Assembly (NCBI RefSeq): GCF_009914755.1
Contig: NC_060942.1
DNA length: 64,000 nt
Reading direction: 5' to 3' (one strand)
DNA from: the human T2T-CHM13v2.0 reference genome, Homo sapiens
The notes beneath the pieces were generated by a model. That model made no database searches. It had not been told where the DNA came from and saw only the letters and a list, made by a program, of their open reading frames with translations. A program made the position numbers and the translations under genes. Positions 63,444 to 64,000 of this stretch are shown here, piece after piece (the first letter of the stretch is position 1; every line of letters begins with the position of its first letter).

Positions 63444-64000
63444 TCTTTTTGTAGAATCTGCAAGAGGATATTTGGATAGCTCTAGCGATTTCGATGGATA
63501 CGGGAATACCTTCATATGAAATCTAGACAGAGGCACTCTCAGAAACTGCTTTGTGATATCTGCATTCAAGTCACAGAGTTGAACATTCCCTTTCTTAGAG
63601 CAGGTTTGAAACTCTCTTTTTGTAGTATCTGGAAGTGGACACTTGGAGCGCTTTGACGCCTTTGGTGAAAAAGGAAATGTCTTCCCATAAAAACTAGACA
63701 GAAGCATTCTAAGAAACTTCTTTGGGATATATGTACTCAACTAACAGAGTTGAACCTTTCTATTTAGAGATCAGTTTTAAAAAGCTCTTTTTGTGGAATC
63801 CGCAAGTGGATATTTGAATAGCTCTGAGGATTTCGTTGGAGACGGGATTACGTATAAAAAGTAGACAGCAGCATTCTCAAAAGCTTCTTTGTGATCTTTG
63901 CTTTTAAATCGCAGAGTTCAATATTCCCTTCCGTAGAGAAGGTTTGAAACACTCTTTCTGTAGTATCTGGAAGTGGACATTTCGAGCGATTTCAGGCCTA
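63444..64000 (+). repeat. Super-HOR copy 5, partial (runs off the window)
   Basis: Matches the start of the unit (gcgatttcgatggatacggg, catatgaaatc, gaaactctct). Confidence 0.9.

Larger units (their letters stand above)
1..64000 (+). repeat. Alpha-satellite (ALR/Alpha) tandem array, ~170-bp monomers, SF2-like A/B monomer types, interrupted only by the L1 at 3480-4094
   Basis: The motif cattctcagaaac...cagagttgaac...gtttgaaacactcttt...tagacagaag recurs every ~167-171 bp. Monomers end either in a CENP-B-box-type sequence (ttcgttggaaacggga) or a pJalpha-type sequence (ctatggtgaaaaaggaa). No inversion is seen. Confidence 0.99.

Noticed and set aside
371-63740. Numerous 60-140 aa ORFs (MFQTCSMKGN..., MSTYIPKKFLR..., METLFLYY...)
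   Set aside because: These are translations of alpha-satellite monomers. They recur at the repeat periods, are broken at random between paralogs, and carry no recognisable domain.
1-64000. CRISPR-like or prokaryotic repeat-spacer system
   Set aside because: Sequence between the conserved motifs is itself homologous monomer sequence, not unique spacers. There are no cas or other genes.
9870-64000. Firm chromosome or array name (e.g. chr18 D18Z2/S2C18H2)
   Set aside because: The 10-mer SF2-like ancestry is suggestive, but it cannot be confirmed without a database search.
9870-64000. The whole super-HOR as a pure assembly duplication
   Set aside because: Copies carry private and shared SNVs, conversion-like tracts and a structured deletion, which simple false duplication would not produce. 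Read-level confirmation is still needed.
1-64000. Inversion or strand switch in the array
   Set aside because: All monomers and boxes read in the same orientation.

Overview
This window is centromeric or pericentromeric alpha-satellite DNA (~170 bp monomers, one orientation, with CENP-B-box B-type and pJalpha A-type monomers, SF2-like). It is very probably human, because the single non-satellite insert is a 5'-truncated L1HS element with Ta diagnostic bases. There are no credible genes; the ORF track is repeat noise apart from the L1 ORF2 C-terminus. Bases 1-~9869 are a divergent, irregular layer built from an ancestral 10-monomer HOR. This layer holds the L1 (3480-4094, minus strand, with TSD) and an apparently exact 675-bp 4-mer triplication. 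From ~9870 to the end is a recently amplified, near-identical 14,627-bp (86-monomer) super-HOR. It occurs as two full copies, one 9,693-bp (57-mer) deletion variant, another full copy and a partial fifth copy. By manual typing the 86-mer parses into sub-units of 4+4+10+4+7+10+8+9+11+9+10 monomers derived from the 10-mer. The most notable signals are a mappable origin junction for the giant HOR, a mosaic deletion breakpoint, short conversion-like tracts, depleted CENP-B boxes, and a young L1 Ta-0 copy with unusually many non-CpG substitutions. All counts were made by eye and consensus comparisons come from recall, so they need alignment checks.
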